DNA from: an uncultured Chloroflexia bacterium
GTDB taxonomy: Bacteria > Chloroflexota > Limnocylindria > Limnocylindrales > CSP1-4
NCBI GenBank assembly: GCA_963746845.1
Contig: CAVVCZ010000007.1
Coordinates: forward strand, 64,001 to 128,000
Length of the DNA stretch: 64,000 nt
Reading direction: 5' to 3'
Positions 50,470-60,017 of the stretch are shown piece by piece; position 1 is the stretch's first letter, and each line of letters begins with the position of its first letter. The position numbers were made by a program, and so were the translations under genes. The notes beneath the pieces were generated by a model. The model did no database searches and had not been told where the DNA came from. It worked only from the letters and a program-made list of their open reading frames with translations.

Positions 50470-51215
50470 CCGCCCACCGAGAGCCGGGCGGACAGCCCGA
50501 AGTGGTCGGACGGATAGAGCGTCGGATCGCCGACCGCCGGCCGATCGAACGCCAGCCGGCAACGCTCCACCCGGACCGGGCCGCGGACCCAGATGTAGTC
50601 GAGGCAGCCGTCGAACCCGTCGTCGTCCTTGGCCGGCGCATCGAGGCCTGACGGCCACGTGACGGGGGGCTCGAACCCGTTCGCCTCGAGGTGGGCGGAG
50701 CGGAACCCGGCGTCGGTCATCCGCGCGTAGGTCGGCTCGTCCGGCTCGGCGTTGAAGTCACCGACGACGATCAGCGCGTCGGTTCCATGCGCCGTGTCGA
50801 GCCACTCGATCAGCTGGCGCGCCTGGTCGTCCCGGTGGGCCTCGTGGGCCGTGACGTGGTGGAGATGGGTCACGACCATCCGGACCGCCTGGCCGCCGGC
50901 AAGCCGCACCGTGGTTCGGAGGGCGGAGCGGGCGATCCCGAGGTCCAGACGCTCGGGTTCGGCGGCCGCGAGTGGCTGACGGATCAGAAGCGCGTTCCCG
51001 TATTCCGGTCGCCCGGCCCACGCCCGGACGCTCTCATAGCGACCCTCGCCGGCCGCCCCGATCAGGCGGTCCTGCTGGAGCGGGTAGACAACCTCCTGGA
51101 GCCCCAGCAGGTCGGGCTGGAGTGCGGCCATGTCGGCGAGGAGCAGTGGCAGGCGCTCGTCCCAGCGGTCGGCCAGGTTCCGGATGTTCAGGGTCGCGAC
51201 GTGGACGGATTCCAT
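50466..51215 (-). CDS. endonuclease/exonuclease/phosphatase family protein
   Basis: ATLNI, GLQEV, GDFN, LDYIW, PSDH. Confidence 0.9.
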   Translation of the reverse strand: MESVHVATLNIRNLADRWDERLPLLLADMAALQPDLLGLQEVVYPLQQDRLIGAAGEGRYESVRAWAGRPEYGNALLIRQPLAAAEPERLDLGIARSALRTTVRLAGGQAVRMVVTHLHHVTAHEAHRDDQARQLIEWLDTAHGTDALIVVGDFNAEPDEPTYARMTDAGFRSAHLEANGFEPPVTWPSGLDAPAKDDDGFDGCLDYIWVRGPVRVERCRLAFDRPAVGDPTLYPSDHFGLSARLSVGG

Positions 51216-51259
51216 GGGTGCAGTGTGCCGTGCGGGCGACGGATCGTCCGCGGCGCGCG

Positions 51260-52651
51260 TCAGCTGGCGCCGATCGGCGACGCCGCTCGCGACGACACGG
51301 GAAGGGCGAAGGTGAACGTCGAGCCTCGACCCTCCTCGGACTCGACCCAGATCCGGCCGCCGTGCTGCTGGATGACGTGGCGGGCGATCGCCAGCCCGAG
51401 ACCCGTCCCGCCGCCGCGCACGCGCACCCGATCGACCTTGTAGAAGCGCTCGAAGATCCGGTCCTGGTCGCTCGTCGGGATCCCGACACCATGGTCTTCG
51501 ACGGAGAGCGTGATCTCGTCGCCGTCGTTGCGCACCGTGACGCGGACCTCGTCGGGCGTCCCGTCGCCCCGATCCGATCGAACCGTCATGGGCTCGTCGT
51601 CTTCGAGGCCGCCCGGGCGGCCGAACTTCAGCGCGTTGTGGACCAGGTTGACCACGACCTGACCGAGACGCGCCTCGTCGCCGCGCAGCGCCGGCACGCG
51701 TGGCGGCACGTCGACGACCAGCCGCAGGCCCTGTCGATCCGCGAACACGCGGAGACGGTCGGCGGCCTCGATCGCGACCCGCCCGAGGTCGACCTCCTCC
51801 AGCAGGAGCGGCCCGCCGCCCTCGATCCGGGCGAGATCCAGCAGCTCGTTGACCATCTGGACGAGGTGCCCGGTCTCGACCTCGATCTTCCCGATCCGGT
51901 CGCGCATCTTCGGTGGGACGCCGTCACCTGCCGCCTCGGCCTCCCGGACGAGCGTCTCGGCGAGAAGGCTGACCGTGGACAGCGGCGTCCGCAGCTCGTG
52001 GGACAGGTTGTCGACGAACTCGGTGCGGATCTGCTGGAGCCGCCGGAGCTCCGATACGTCCTCGAGGACGACCCACACCCCGAGCGTCGGCGAGTGACGT
52101 GCACGGATCACGAGGATCGGTCCGTCCGGCCCCGGCAACCGGTACTCGCCGGACGATCCGCCGGTTCGCCCGGCGATGGCGATCAGATCCTCGACCCGGG
52201 CGTCGACGAACGCCTCCAGCGCGGTCCTGCCTCGGAGCGAGCGGGGCGGGCGCCGCAGGAGCGCATGCGCTGCGGCATTCGCCAGATCGATTCGGCCCGA
52301 TTCATCGAAGCGGAGGATGCCGACGCCCATCAGGTCGGCCAGGTACGACGCATTGCGGACCTGCTGATCGAGCTCGAACTCCGACGCGGCCAGGCGATCG
52401 CGTAGACGGCGCGCGAGCGTCGGCAGATCGGCCTCCGCATCACCGTCGACGGGAGCCGGAACCAGAGAGCGTCCTGCGGCGACCGGCTCGCTGGCGTTGG
52501 AGACCGGGATGGCGCGTGTGGTCGTTCCACCGGCCCGGACCAGAGCGTCGCGTGCGGCCCTGATCTGGCGGCCCCGATCCAGTGCGACCCCGACCGCGAT
52601 CGCAAGGGCGATCCCGAGGAGGGCGACGAGGGCGACGGCGATCCCATCCAT
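51260..52651 (-). CDS. PhoR/SenX3-like sensor histidine kinase (TM, PAS, HisKA, HATPase)
   Basis: FVDNLSHELRTPL, NLVHNALK, DHGVGI, IFERFYKVD, GGTGLGL. Confidence 0.9.
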   Translation of the reverse strand: MDGIAVALVALLGIALAIAVGVALDRGRQIRAARDALVRAGGTTTRAIPVSNASEPVAAGRSLVPAPVDGDAEADLPTLARRLRDRLAASEFELDQQVRNASYLADLMGVGILRFDESGRIDLANAAAHALLRRPPRSLRGRTALEAFVDARVEDLIAIAGRTGGSSGEYRLPGPDGPILVIRARHSPTLGVWVVLEDVSELRRLQQIRTEFVDNLSHELRTPLSTVSLLAETLVREAEAAGDGVPPKMRDRIGKIEVETGHLVQMVNELLDLARIEGGGPLLLEEVDLGRVAIEAADRLRVFADRQGLRLVVDVPPRVPALRGDEARLGQVVVNLVHNALKFGRPGGLEDDEPMTVRSDRGDGTPDEVRVTVRNDGDEITLSVEDHGVGIPTSDQDRIFERFYKVDRVRVRGGGTGLGLAIARHVIQQHGGRIWVESEEGRGSTFTFALPVSSRAASPIGAS

Positions 52652-52703
52652 GCCGCCCGAGCATCGCACACGCGGCGACCGTCGGCCGCCGCGTGGCGTC
52701 CCG

Positions 52704-53669
52704 CTAAGGCGTCAGCCAGACCCGGTAGTCGCGGATCGACTGGGGCGAGCCGTCCTTCTCGGACGGGTCGTAGACGTGGAGGGTCCCGTACTGCGCCTTT
52801 GAGACCGTGTAGGCGATCGACGTGTCGAACGTGCCGCGGCAGCCGCTGCCGCACGTCGCCATCACCGGCTTGTCGGCGATCGCCTTGCCGGACCCGTCGA
52901 GGATCGAGATCCGGAACTGCGCCTCGAACACGTCCGCCGACCCGGTGACGTGCGCGGGGTTCCCGATCGCCGCGTTCCACGCGGGCCGGTCGACCCAGAT
53001 CGCCGGGAGGAGCGAGACGAAGTCGGCCCGCCCGAGCGCCTTGGCCGGGGCAACACCCTCGACCTGGATCGCGACGGACTTCACCGTCGGGAACTGGGTG
53101 AGCGTGTAGACGACCTGGCCCGCACGGGTCTGGACGCCGCTCGCGTCGCCCCCGGCCGCGAACTCGCTCGAGAGGTTGACGGTCGCGACTCCGCTCGCGA
53201 TCGACAGGCCGAGGAGCTGCGTCCCCGACGGCACGGCCGTCGAGATCGAGTTCCGGGTCTCCATCGCGGTGGGTCCGGCCAGCAGGGCGTTCAGGGCTGC
53301 CGTCGCGACGGCCTTCGTCGAAGGCACCTCACGGAGCGTCGCCACGAGTCCCGCGCTGCCCTCGCCGCCACCGAGCCAGAAGTAGGTGCGGAGGATCGTG
53401 GTCCCACCCGGTGCGGGCGTTGGAGACGGGGTGGCGAACGGCGTCGATGGCTCGGTCGTCGGCTGACCGGTCGGCTCGCTCGATGGGGTCTCGCTCTGGC
53501 TCGGCGACGGGGCCGGCGTGACGTCCGGGCTGCCGAGCGCGACCGACGGCTCGGGCGAGGCCGAGACCACCGGCACGGAGCCGAGCGGGCCGCTGCCGCC
53601 GCACGCGACGGCGAGTGCCGCGATCACGAGAAGGACGAGGATGGTGGGCGCTGAGCGTCGGGTCGTCAT
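52704..53669 (-). CDS. GerMN + Gmad2 domain lipoprotein (LpqB-like role)
   Basis: Lipobox AVAC, Pro/Ser linker, ALLAGPT..QVVYTLTQFPTV, VTGSADVFEA. Confidence 0.82.
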   Translation of the reverse strand: MTTRRSAPTILVLLVIAALAVACGGSGPLGSVPVVSASPEPSVALGSPDVTPAPSPSQSETPSSEPTGQPTTEPSTPFATPSPTPAPGGTTILRTYFWLGGGEGSAGLVATLREVPSTKAVATAALNALLAGPTAMETRNSISTAVPSGTQLLGLSIASGVATVNLSSEFAAGGDASGVQTRAGQVVYTLTQFPTVKSVAIQVEGVAPAKALGRADFVSLLPAIWVDRPAWNAAIGNPAHVTGSADVFEAQFRISILDGSGKAIADKPVMATCGSGCRGTFDTSIAYTVSKAQYGTLHVYDPSEKDGSPQSIRDYRVWLTP

Positions 53670-53692
53670 CGGGATGGCCCTCGGATACGGGT

Positions 53693-55126
53693 TCATCGAC
53701 CTTCAGCGTCGGCGTTCGGGGTCGCAGGGGCATCGCCGAGCGGTAACGGTATGGTCACGGGCAGGACGAGATCGAGCGCGAGGCCGCCGCTGTCGCGGTT
53801 GCGGGCATGGAGCACCCCGCCGATCAGGGCCGCGTGCTCCGCGGCGATCGCGAGGCCGAGGCCGCTCCCCCCGCGACGCGACGGATCGGCCATGTAGAAC
53901 CGATCGAAGATCCGCTCCAGGCGGTCCGGCGGAACGCCAGGCCCACGGTCGGCGACGGTGATCTGGACGCGGTCGGCCGAGGCACGCATCGCCACGACCA
54001 CGAGGGCGCCGGGCGCGTGCTCGCGGGCGTTGTCGAGCAGGTTGCCGAGGATCCGCTCCAGACGCCGAGGATCGGTCTCGATCACGACCCGTTCGTCCGG
54101 CAGCTCGAGGACAGCGTCCCGATGGCGGGCCCCGGCGGTGTCCCGGATCAGCCGGTTGAGGTCGACCGGCTGGCTGCGGACCTCCTCGCCGGCCGCGTCG
54201 AACCGCGACAGCTCCATCAGGTCCTCGACGAGCACCCGCATCCGTCCGACGTCCTGGACGACCAGCTCACCCGCTCGCCGCGCGTCCGGTGGCAGCGCGT
54301 CGAGGTGGTCCCGCAGGATCGAGACTTCCGCGACGAGCGCGGCGACCGGCGTCCGCAGCTCGTGGCTGACGTCGGCGACGAACCGGCGGTTCTGGGTCTG
54401 GGCGGACTCGAGCCGGACGATCGTCTCCTGGAGCGTGTCGACCATCTCGTTGAACTGCTGCGCCCAGACCCCGAACTCGTCGTCGGAGGTGAGCGGAACG
54501 CGCGCGGCGAGGTCACCGTGGGCGATCCGCTGCGCGGTCCGGGCGGCCTCGTCCACGGGCGCGAGCACGCCCCGGGCGACGACCCGCGACGCGACGAGGG
54601 CGATGATCACGAGGACGATCGTGCCGGCGGCGAGCGCATACCGGAGCTGGAGCAGCGTGTCCTCGATCGCGGTTTCGTCGCGGATGAACCAGATGGCGGG
54701 ACCCGTGCCGGACACGCGACCGCCGACGATGAGGCTCGACCGTCCGGTCACCGGCTGCCACGAATAGGCGATCTGGCCCTGGTCGACGAGCGTCCGTACG
54801 TCGGCCGGGATCGTCTCGAGGGTGCCGCGCAGGGTCGCCGGACTGTAGAAGGCGTCGCCGCCCTGCGGGACGATGATCGTGTCGAGACGGCGGCGCTGGA
54901 ACGCGTCGGCGAGGTCCTGGACCTGGGCCCCGGTCGGCGGCTCGTCGAGCCGGCCCGGAGCGAGGATCGACAGGTCGAACGCGGCCTGATCGGCGGCCTC
55001 GTGGAGGGCCTGCTCGTGGAGGCGGCTGTCGACGAAGACGTAGGCCGCGACCCCGAGGACGACGGCGGTCAGGACGACGAGGGCGACGATCGTGACCGTC
55101 AGCCGGCCGCGAACGCCGCTCAGCAT
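53693..55126 (-). CDS. MtrB-like HAMP sensor histidine kinase
   Basis: 2 TM, HAMP, RRFVADVSHELRTP, DPRRLERILGNL, GSGLGLAIA. Confidence 0.9.
   Translation of the reverse strand: MLSGVRGRLTVTIVALVVLTAVVLGVAAYVFVDSRLHEQALHEAADQAAFDLSILAPGRLDEPPTGAQVQDLADAFQRRRLDTIIVPQGGDAFYSPATLRGTLETIPADVRTLVDQGQIAYSWQPVTGRSSLIVGGRVSGTGPAIWFIRDETAIEDTLLQLRYALAAGTIVLVIIALVASRVVARGVLAPVDEAARTAQRIAHGDLAARVPLTSDDEFGVWAQQFNEMVDTLQETIVRLESAQTQNRRFVADVSHELRTPVAALVAEVSILRDHLDALPPDARRAGELVVQDVGRMRVLVEDLMELSRFDAAGEEVRSQPVDLNRLIRDTAGARHRDAVLELPDERVVIETDPRRLERILGNLLDNAREHAPGALVVVAMRASADRVQITVADRGPGVPPDRLERIFDRFYMADPSRRGGSGLGLAIAAEHAALIGGVLHARNRDSGGLALDLVLPVTIPLPLGDAPATPNADAEGR
53743..53758 (-). promoter_or_regulatory. MtrA-box-like direct repeat upstream of GerMN gene
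   Basis: GTGAC-N6-GTTAC within the kinase 3' end. Confidence 0.4.
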
Positions 55127-55154
55127 CCGGCTCGTCGATCGTCCGGCGGCCGGG

Positions 55155-55844
55155 TCACCGGACGGCCTTGTAGCCGGCGCCTCGGACCGTCTGGATCAGC
55201 TCCGGCGTGGCCGGGTCCGCCTCGACCTTCGAGCGGAGGCGCTGGATCGCGACGTCGACGAGCCGGGAGTCGCCGAGATAGTCGTAGCCCCAGACCCGAT
55301 CGAGCAGGACGTCTCGCGTCAGCACCTGGCCGGCATGCCGGACGAGCTCGAGGAGGAGGTCGAACTCCGTGCGGGTCAGCGGGACGTCGGCGCCGTCCCG
55401 GGTGACGGTCCGGCCCGCGACGTCGATCGCGAGCGGGCCGAGCCGCAGGGCCGCCGGCTCGTCCACGCCCGAGCCGGCACGCCGCAGGGCGGCGCGAAGC
55501 CTGGCAATCAGCTCCGGCAGGTCGAACGGCTTGCGGACGTAGTCGTCGGCGCCGGCCTCGAGCCCGACCACGACGTCCATGGTGTCGGCGCGGGCGGTGA
55601 GCATGACGATCGGGATCGTCGAGACCTTCCGGATCTGGCGGCAGACCTCGTAGCCGTCGAGCCGCGGCAGCATGATGTCGAGGAGGACGAGGTCGAACGG
55701 CCCGGCCCGGAAGCGCTCCAGGCCCTCGACGCCATCGGCGGCGGTGACGACCTCGAAGCCCGCGGCGCCCAGCCCGATCGCCGTCACCTCGCGGATCGAC
55801 GGGTCATCCTCGACGAGCAGGATGCGAGCGTCGGGGGGTGGCAT
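55155..55844 (-). CDS. MtrA-like OmpR-family response regulator
   Basis: LLDIMLP, DVVVGLEAGADDY, VWGYDYLGDSRLVDV, TVRGAGYK. Confidence 0.92.
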   Translation of the reverse strand: MPPPDARILLVEDDPSIREVTAIGLGAAGFEVVTAADGVEGLERFRAGPFDLVLLDIMLPRLDGYEVCRQIRKVSTIPIVMLTARADTMDVVVGLEAGADDYVRKPFDLPELIARLRAALRRAGSGVDEPAALRLGPLAIDVAGRTVTRDGADVPLTRTEFDLLLELVRHAGQVLTRDVLLDRVWGYDYLGDSRLVDVAIQRLRSKVEADPATPELIQTVRGAGYKAVR

Positions 55845-55962
55845 CCGGACGTCCACCACGGCGTGCGCTGCCTCCGGTCGTGACGGCCGGCCGGTCGGCC
55901 GGGCTCGGCCGCAGGATACCGCCGGGCCGACACGCGATGAACAGGGCGCGGAGCCGGATCGG

Positions 55963-55978
55963 GTCACCGTTGTGTCGC
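55963..55978 (-). promoter_or_regulatory. MtrA-box-like direct repeat upstream of the response regulator
   Basis: GCGAC-N6-GTGAC. Confidence 0.35.
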
Positions 55979-55996
55979 AACGTCCCATCTCCCACT

Positions 55997-56036
55997 AGGC
56001 TATTGACATTAGCCTTCAAGGCTATACCATGTAGCC
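55997..56036 (+). promoter_or_regulatory. sigma70 promoter with two TetR-type operators
   Basis: TTGACA 56003-56008 and TACCAT 56025-56030, each centred in GGCTA-N7-TAGCC (55998-56014, 56020-56036). Confidence 0.75.
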
Positions 56037-56065
56037 ATCATCCCTGGTTGCACGAGGAACACGCC

Positions 56066-56512
56066 ATGACCACGCCCACAAGCACCTTCCAGAACTCCGC
56101 CGTCGGCACGACGACGGCTCCCCTCCCCGCGGCCGGCATGACGTACGGGGCCGTCCGCACCTGGCTGCGGCTCGAGGGCGTCGCGGCGTTCTTCTCCGGA
56201 CTCGCCCTGTTCGCCCTGACGGGCGGGAACCCCCTCTTCGTGATCCCGCTCCTGCTCGTCCCGGACATCTCGGCCGTCGGGTATCTCGGCGGACCACGGA
56301 TCGGAGCCTTCACCTACAACCTGGTCCACAACTGGTCGTCGGGCCTGTTGGTGCTCGGACTCGCGGTCGCGGCCGGATCGCCGGGCCTCCAGCTCGCGGC
56401 CGCGATCCTGATCGCCCACGTCGGCATGGACCGAGCGGTCGGCTATGGACTGAAGCTACCGACCTCGTTCCAGGACACGCATCTCGGGCGCATGGGACGA
56501 TCGAAGGCGTGA
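56066..56512 (+). CDS. DUF4260-family membrane protein
   Basis: LRLEG, PDISAVGY, YNLVH, AHVGMDRAVGYGLK, FQDTHLG. Confidence 0.88.
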   Translation: MTTPTSTFQNSAVGTTTAPLPAAGMTYGAVRTWLRLEGVAAFFSGLALFALTGGNPLFVIPLLLVPDISAVGYLGGPRIGAFTYNLVHNWSSGLLVLGLAVAAGSPGLQLAAAILIAHVGMDRAVGYGLKLPTSFQDTHLGRMGRSKA

Positions 56513-57099
56513 GCCCAGCCCGAGCCCGGACCTCGCTGCCCGAGATCGTCGCCGCCGCGCGAGACCTGCTCGAAGCCGACGGCCCCGAGGCCGTCACGAT
56601 GCTCGTTGTCGGGGAGCGGGTCGGCGTGCGGGGTCCGTCCCTCTACAAGTGGATCCCGAGTCGCGGAGCGCTGCTGGCCGAGATCGGCGCCGCGACGCTG
56701 GACGACCTCGCGCGGGAGATCGACCCACTGAGCCGCAATCCGGATCCCGCAGCCGGGCTCCGCGCGATCGCCACCGCGTACCGGGCATTCGCCCACGCCC
56801 ATCCCCGGTCGTACGAACTGCTGTTCCTGAACCAGCCGACCGGCGCTCGACCACCAGTCGAGCGCTTCGCGATCGCCGCCGACCCGGTCATCGCACTGGC
56901 GGCGCAGCTCGTCGGGACCGAACGCGCCCTCGAGGCCGCGCGCCTGATCACGGCGTTCGCACACGGGTTCGTCTCGATGGAGCTCACCGGGGCGTTCCGA
57001 CTGGGTGGCGATGTCGACCGGGCATACGACTACGGCGTCAGCGTCCTGGTCGAAGCCCTCGTGAGAGAAGGTTCGAGCGGTCGACCGTCATCCGGCTGA
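56509..57099 (+). CDS. TetR-family regulator (WHG-type C-terminus)
   Basis: N-terminal HTH GVRGPSLY; AFAHGFVSME; GTGA overlap. Confidence 0.88.
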   Translation: MSPARARTSLPEIVAAARDLLEADGPEAVTMLVVGERVGVRGPSLYKWIPSRGALLAEIGAATLDDLAREIDPLSRNPDPAAGLRAIATAYRAFAHAHPRSYELLFLNQPTGARPPVERFAIAADPVIALAAQLVGTERALEAARLITAFAHGFVSMELTGAFRLGGDVDRAYDYGVSVLVEALVREGSSGRPSSG

Positions 57100-57114
57100 T
57101 CGCGACGACGCGCG

Positions 57115-58740
57115 TCAGTCGCGGCGCTCCGCACGGGCGAGTCGCTCGCCGGGAAGCGCCTGGACGCCTCGTGGACCCGCGTCCGAGGGGCGGCCCTGGC
57201 CGGAGCCGGGATTGCCGCCCGGGCCACGGCCGCGGTCGTCGCGCGGGCGGTCGCGGCGGACGCGCGGATCGCCGTAGCGGTCCGTCCGCTCGCCGCCGCC
57301 GGCCCAGCCCGAGCGGGCTCCCGCGCCGTTGCCGATCCCCACCCCGACCGGAGCCGGACGACGAGGCCCGCTCCGGCCCGGTCGCGGGCCGTGATTGGCG
57401 GGGATGGGGGTGCGATCGCGATGGGCGCCCGGGCCGCCGCGAAACGCGGACGGGATCGGTCGCGACCCGACGCCGCGCGCCGGACTCGCGAAGCGCTGGC
57501 CGCCCGAGCGCTGGCGGATCGGCTCGGGGCGGATCGACCGGTCAGGCTCGAAGCCGGCGATCACCTCGGTCGGGATCGGGTGGCCGAGCAGCCTCTCGAT
57601 CTCGCGAAGGAGCGGCGCCTCGTCGACGCAGACGAGCGAGATCGCGTCGCCGGTGGCGCCGGCGCGGCCCGTCCGTCCGATCCGGTGGACGTAGTCCTCG
57701 GCGACCATCGGCAGCTCGTAGTTCACGACGTGGGGCAGGTCCTCGATGTCGAGCCCGCGCGACGCGACCTCCGTCGCGACGAGGATGTTCGCCCGGCCGG
57801 CCTTGAAGTCGTCGAGGGCCCGGACCCGCTGGCCCTGGCTCTTGTTGCCGTGGATCGCGGCGGCCTTGATCCCGTCGCGACCGAGCTGCTCGGCCAGGCG
57901 GTTCGCACCGTGCTTCGTTCGCGTGAACACGAGCGCCTGCTCGATCCGGCCGCTCCGGATCAGCGTGCTGAGGAGATCCCGCTTGCGCTCACGATCGACC
58001 GGGAAGACGACCTGGGTGACGAGCTCGACCGCGGAGTTGCGCGGGGTGACTTGGACGGTCGCCGGGTCGCGCAGGATGCCGCCGGCGAGCTGCCGGATCT
58101 CGTTGGAGAACGTCGCGCTGAACAGCAGGTTCTGCCGGTCGACCGGGAGCAGCGCGATGACCTTGCGGATGTCGCGGATGAAGCCCATGTCGAGCATCCG
58201 GTCGGCCTCGTCGAGGACGAGGATCTCGAGCCGGGACAGGTCGATGTGGCCCTGGGTGATGTGGTCGAGCAGCCGGCCGGGCGTGGCGACGACAATCCCA
58301 GGACCGGCCCGCAGTGCCCGGTTCTGGGGCTCGTAGCCGACGCCGCCATAGATCGCGACGGACCGGATCCGGCGATGGGCGCCGTAGGTCCGGACGCTCT
58401 CCTCGATCTGGAGGCAGAGCTCGCGGGTCGGGGTGAGGATCAGGGCGCGGACCGGCGAGTGGGCGGAGCGGCGCGGATCACGCTGGTCGCGTTGGTCGCG
58501 GCCGGGCTCCGTGGCGCCATTGGACTTCCAGCCCGGCGTTCGCTCGGCATTGAGGAGCTGGAGCATCGGCAGGACGAACGCGGCGGTCTTGCCGGTGCCG
58601 GTCTGGGCGCCGGCGAGAATGTCGCGACCGGCGAGCACCAGGGGGATGGCTTCGCGCTGGACGGGGGTGGGCTCGGTGTAGCCCTGGTCCGCGACGGCGC
58701 GGAGCAACTCGGGCGTCAGCCCGAGATCAACGAAGGACAT
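57115..58740 (-). CDS. rhlE: DEAD-box RNA helicase (RhlE-like)
   Basis: [28 protein letters not shown]; Arg/Gly-rich tail. Confidence 0.9.
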   Translation of the reverse strand: MSFVDLGLTPELLRAVADQGYTEPTPVQREAIPLVLAGRDILAGAQTGTGKTAAFVLPMLQLLNAERTPGWKSNGATEPGRDQRDQRDPRRSAHSPVRALILTPTRELCLQIEESVRTYGAHRRIRSVAIYGGVGYEPQNRALRAGPGIVVATPGRLLDHITQGHIDLSRLEILVLDEADRMLDMGFIRDIRKVIALLPVDRQNLLFSATFSNEIRQLAGGILRDPATVQVTPRNSAVELVTQVVFPVDRERKRDLLSTLIRSGRIEQALVFTRTKHGANRLAEQLGRDGIKAAAIHGNKSQGQRVRALDDFKAGRANILVATEVASRGLDIEDLPHVVNYELPMVAEDYVHRIGRTGRAGATGDAISLVCVDEAPLLREIERLLGHPIPTEVIAGFEPDRSIRPEPIRQRSGGQRFASPARGVGSRPIPSAFRGGPGAHRDRTPIPANHGPRPGRSGPRRPAPVGVGIGNGAGARSGWAGGGERTDRYGDPRVRRDRPRDDRGRGPGGNPGSGQGRPSDAGPRGVQALPGERLARAERRD

Positions 58741-58753
58741 GGGAGACGGAACT

Positions 58754-58849
58754 CCTGACGGGGCCCTCCCGCACGCTTGCGGGGCCCGGTCAGGGCACGA
58801 GTGGATCGGGTCGTCGGTTTCAGGGACCGGGGCGCTGACCGGAGCGCCC
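58754..58849 (-). promoter_or_regulatory. structured 5' UTR of helicase gene
   Basis: Hairpins 58830-58849 and 58754-58794; the latter overlaps AGGAG; -10 TAGGAT near 58869-58874. Confidence 0.45.
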
Positions 58850-58908
58850 ATCGAACACGAGAGACCCATCCTATCCGATGCGGAGGGGTTTCGTCGCCAC
58901 GCGTGTCG

Positions 58909-59988
58909 TTATCGGCGCGGGTGCGTGTCGGCCCGGATGCCCGCACGCGGCTCGGCGGCAACGTGGAGTGCGGCCCGCCACGGCCCCACGAGTGTCTCGA
59001 ACTGGGCGGGCGCGAATGCGTGCCGGAGGACGATCGCGTGGATCGCGCGATCAAGCGACCGCCGCGCGGCCGGCGGGATCGGACCAGGGAGCGCGGCGGT
59101 GGCGTCACGCCGGGCGAGCTCCGAGGACACGCGGAGCGCATCGTTCTCGTCGGGTCGGAGGCCGGGTGGCCACGGCGGTCCGCCGCGTCCGGCCGGGGTC
59201 GCTGCCGCGAGCATCCCGATCCGGCGGAGCTCGTCCGGGGCGAGGCGGGGGAGCGCCTGGATGGCGGCCGCGACGGCCTGGCCGTTCGGACCGTAGCGGG
59301 GCTGGTCCACGGCCGCCATCCAGCCGCGGGTCAGGCGCTCCTGGACGCGCTCGCGGAAGTCGCCGGAGAGATGCTCGTCGAGGAATGCCGCGAGCACGAT
59401 CTCCTGGCCGTACCCGACGGCGGAATCCCGGACACCCGGGTTCCAGCGGACCGCCCGGGGCAGCCGCTCGTGGACCCGCCGTTCGACGGACTCGAGTGAT
59501 GCGAGGAGCTCCGGCGAGAGGAACCGGGCAATGGACGCGACGAAGGCGATCGGCGGCGTCTCGGCGAGGGTCAGGCGGTCGATCTCGTCGGGCGTGAGCC
59601 GCTCGATCCGATCGAGGTGACGGGCAAGGGCCTCCTCGGCGTCGACCGGCCGGCGACGATGGACACGCGCCGGGGATGGCCGCGGCCGCCCGTCGGTCGG
59701 TGGGTGCCAGCCGCCCTGGCCGCGCGGACCCGAGCGCGAGGGCCGGGCCGGTCGCGCGCGTCGCTCGCGGTCGTAGCGAGCGCGGAGCTCCGGGTCCGAC
59801 AGCCAGTCGTGGGCGACATTGATCCGCTTCGCCCGCTCGTCGGCATCGGCGCCACCGCCCGCGACGTCCGGGTGGTGGCGCTTGAGCAGGGCCCGCCAGG
59901 CGACCTCGACCGCCTCGAACGACGCGTCGGCGGGCAGCTCGAGGCGCGCGTACAGATCGTCGGTGGGAAGGAGCGGACGGGCGGGCAT
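58909..59988 (-). CDS. J-domain protein with uncharacterised C-terminal region
   Basis: DLYARL..AWRALLKRHHPD..INVAHDWLSDPELRARYD. Confidence 0.85.
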   Translation of the reverse strand: MPARPLLPTDDLYARLELPADASFEAVEVAWRALLKRHHPDVAGGGADADERAKRINVAHDWLSDPELRARYDRERRARPARPSRSGPRGQGGWHPPTDGRPRPSPARVHRRRPVDAEEALARHLDRIERLTPDEIDRLTLAETPPIAFVASIARFLSPELLASLESVERRVHERLPRAVRWNPGVRDSAVGYGQEIVLAAFLDEHLSGDFRERVQERLTRGWMAAVDQPRYGPNGQAVAAAIQALPRLAPDELRRIGMLAAATPAGRGGPPWPPGLRPDENDALRVSSELARRDATAALPGPIPPAARRSLDRAIHAIVLRHAFAPAQFETLVGPWRAALHVAAEPRAGIRADTHPRR

Positions 59989-60017
59989 CGCCGGCCCATC
60001 GTATCGGCCGGTCGCGC

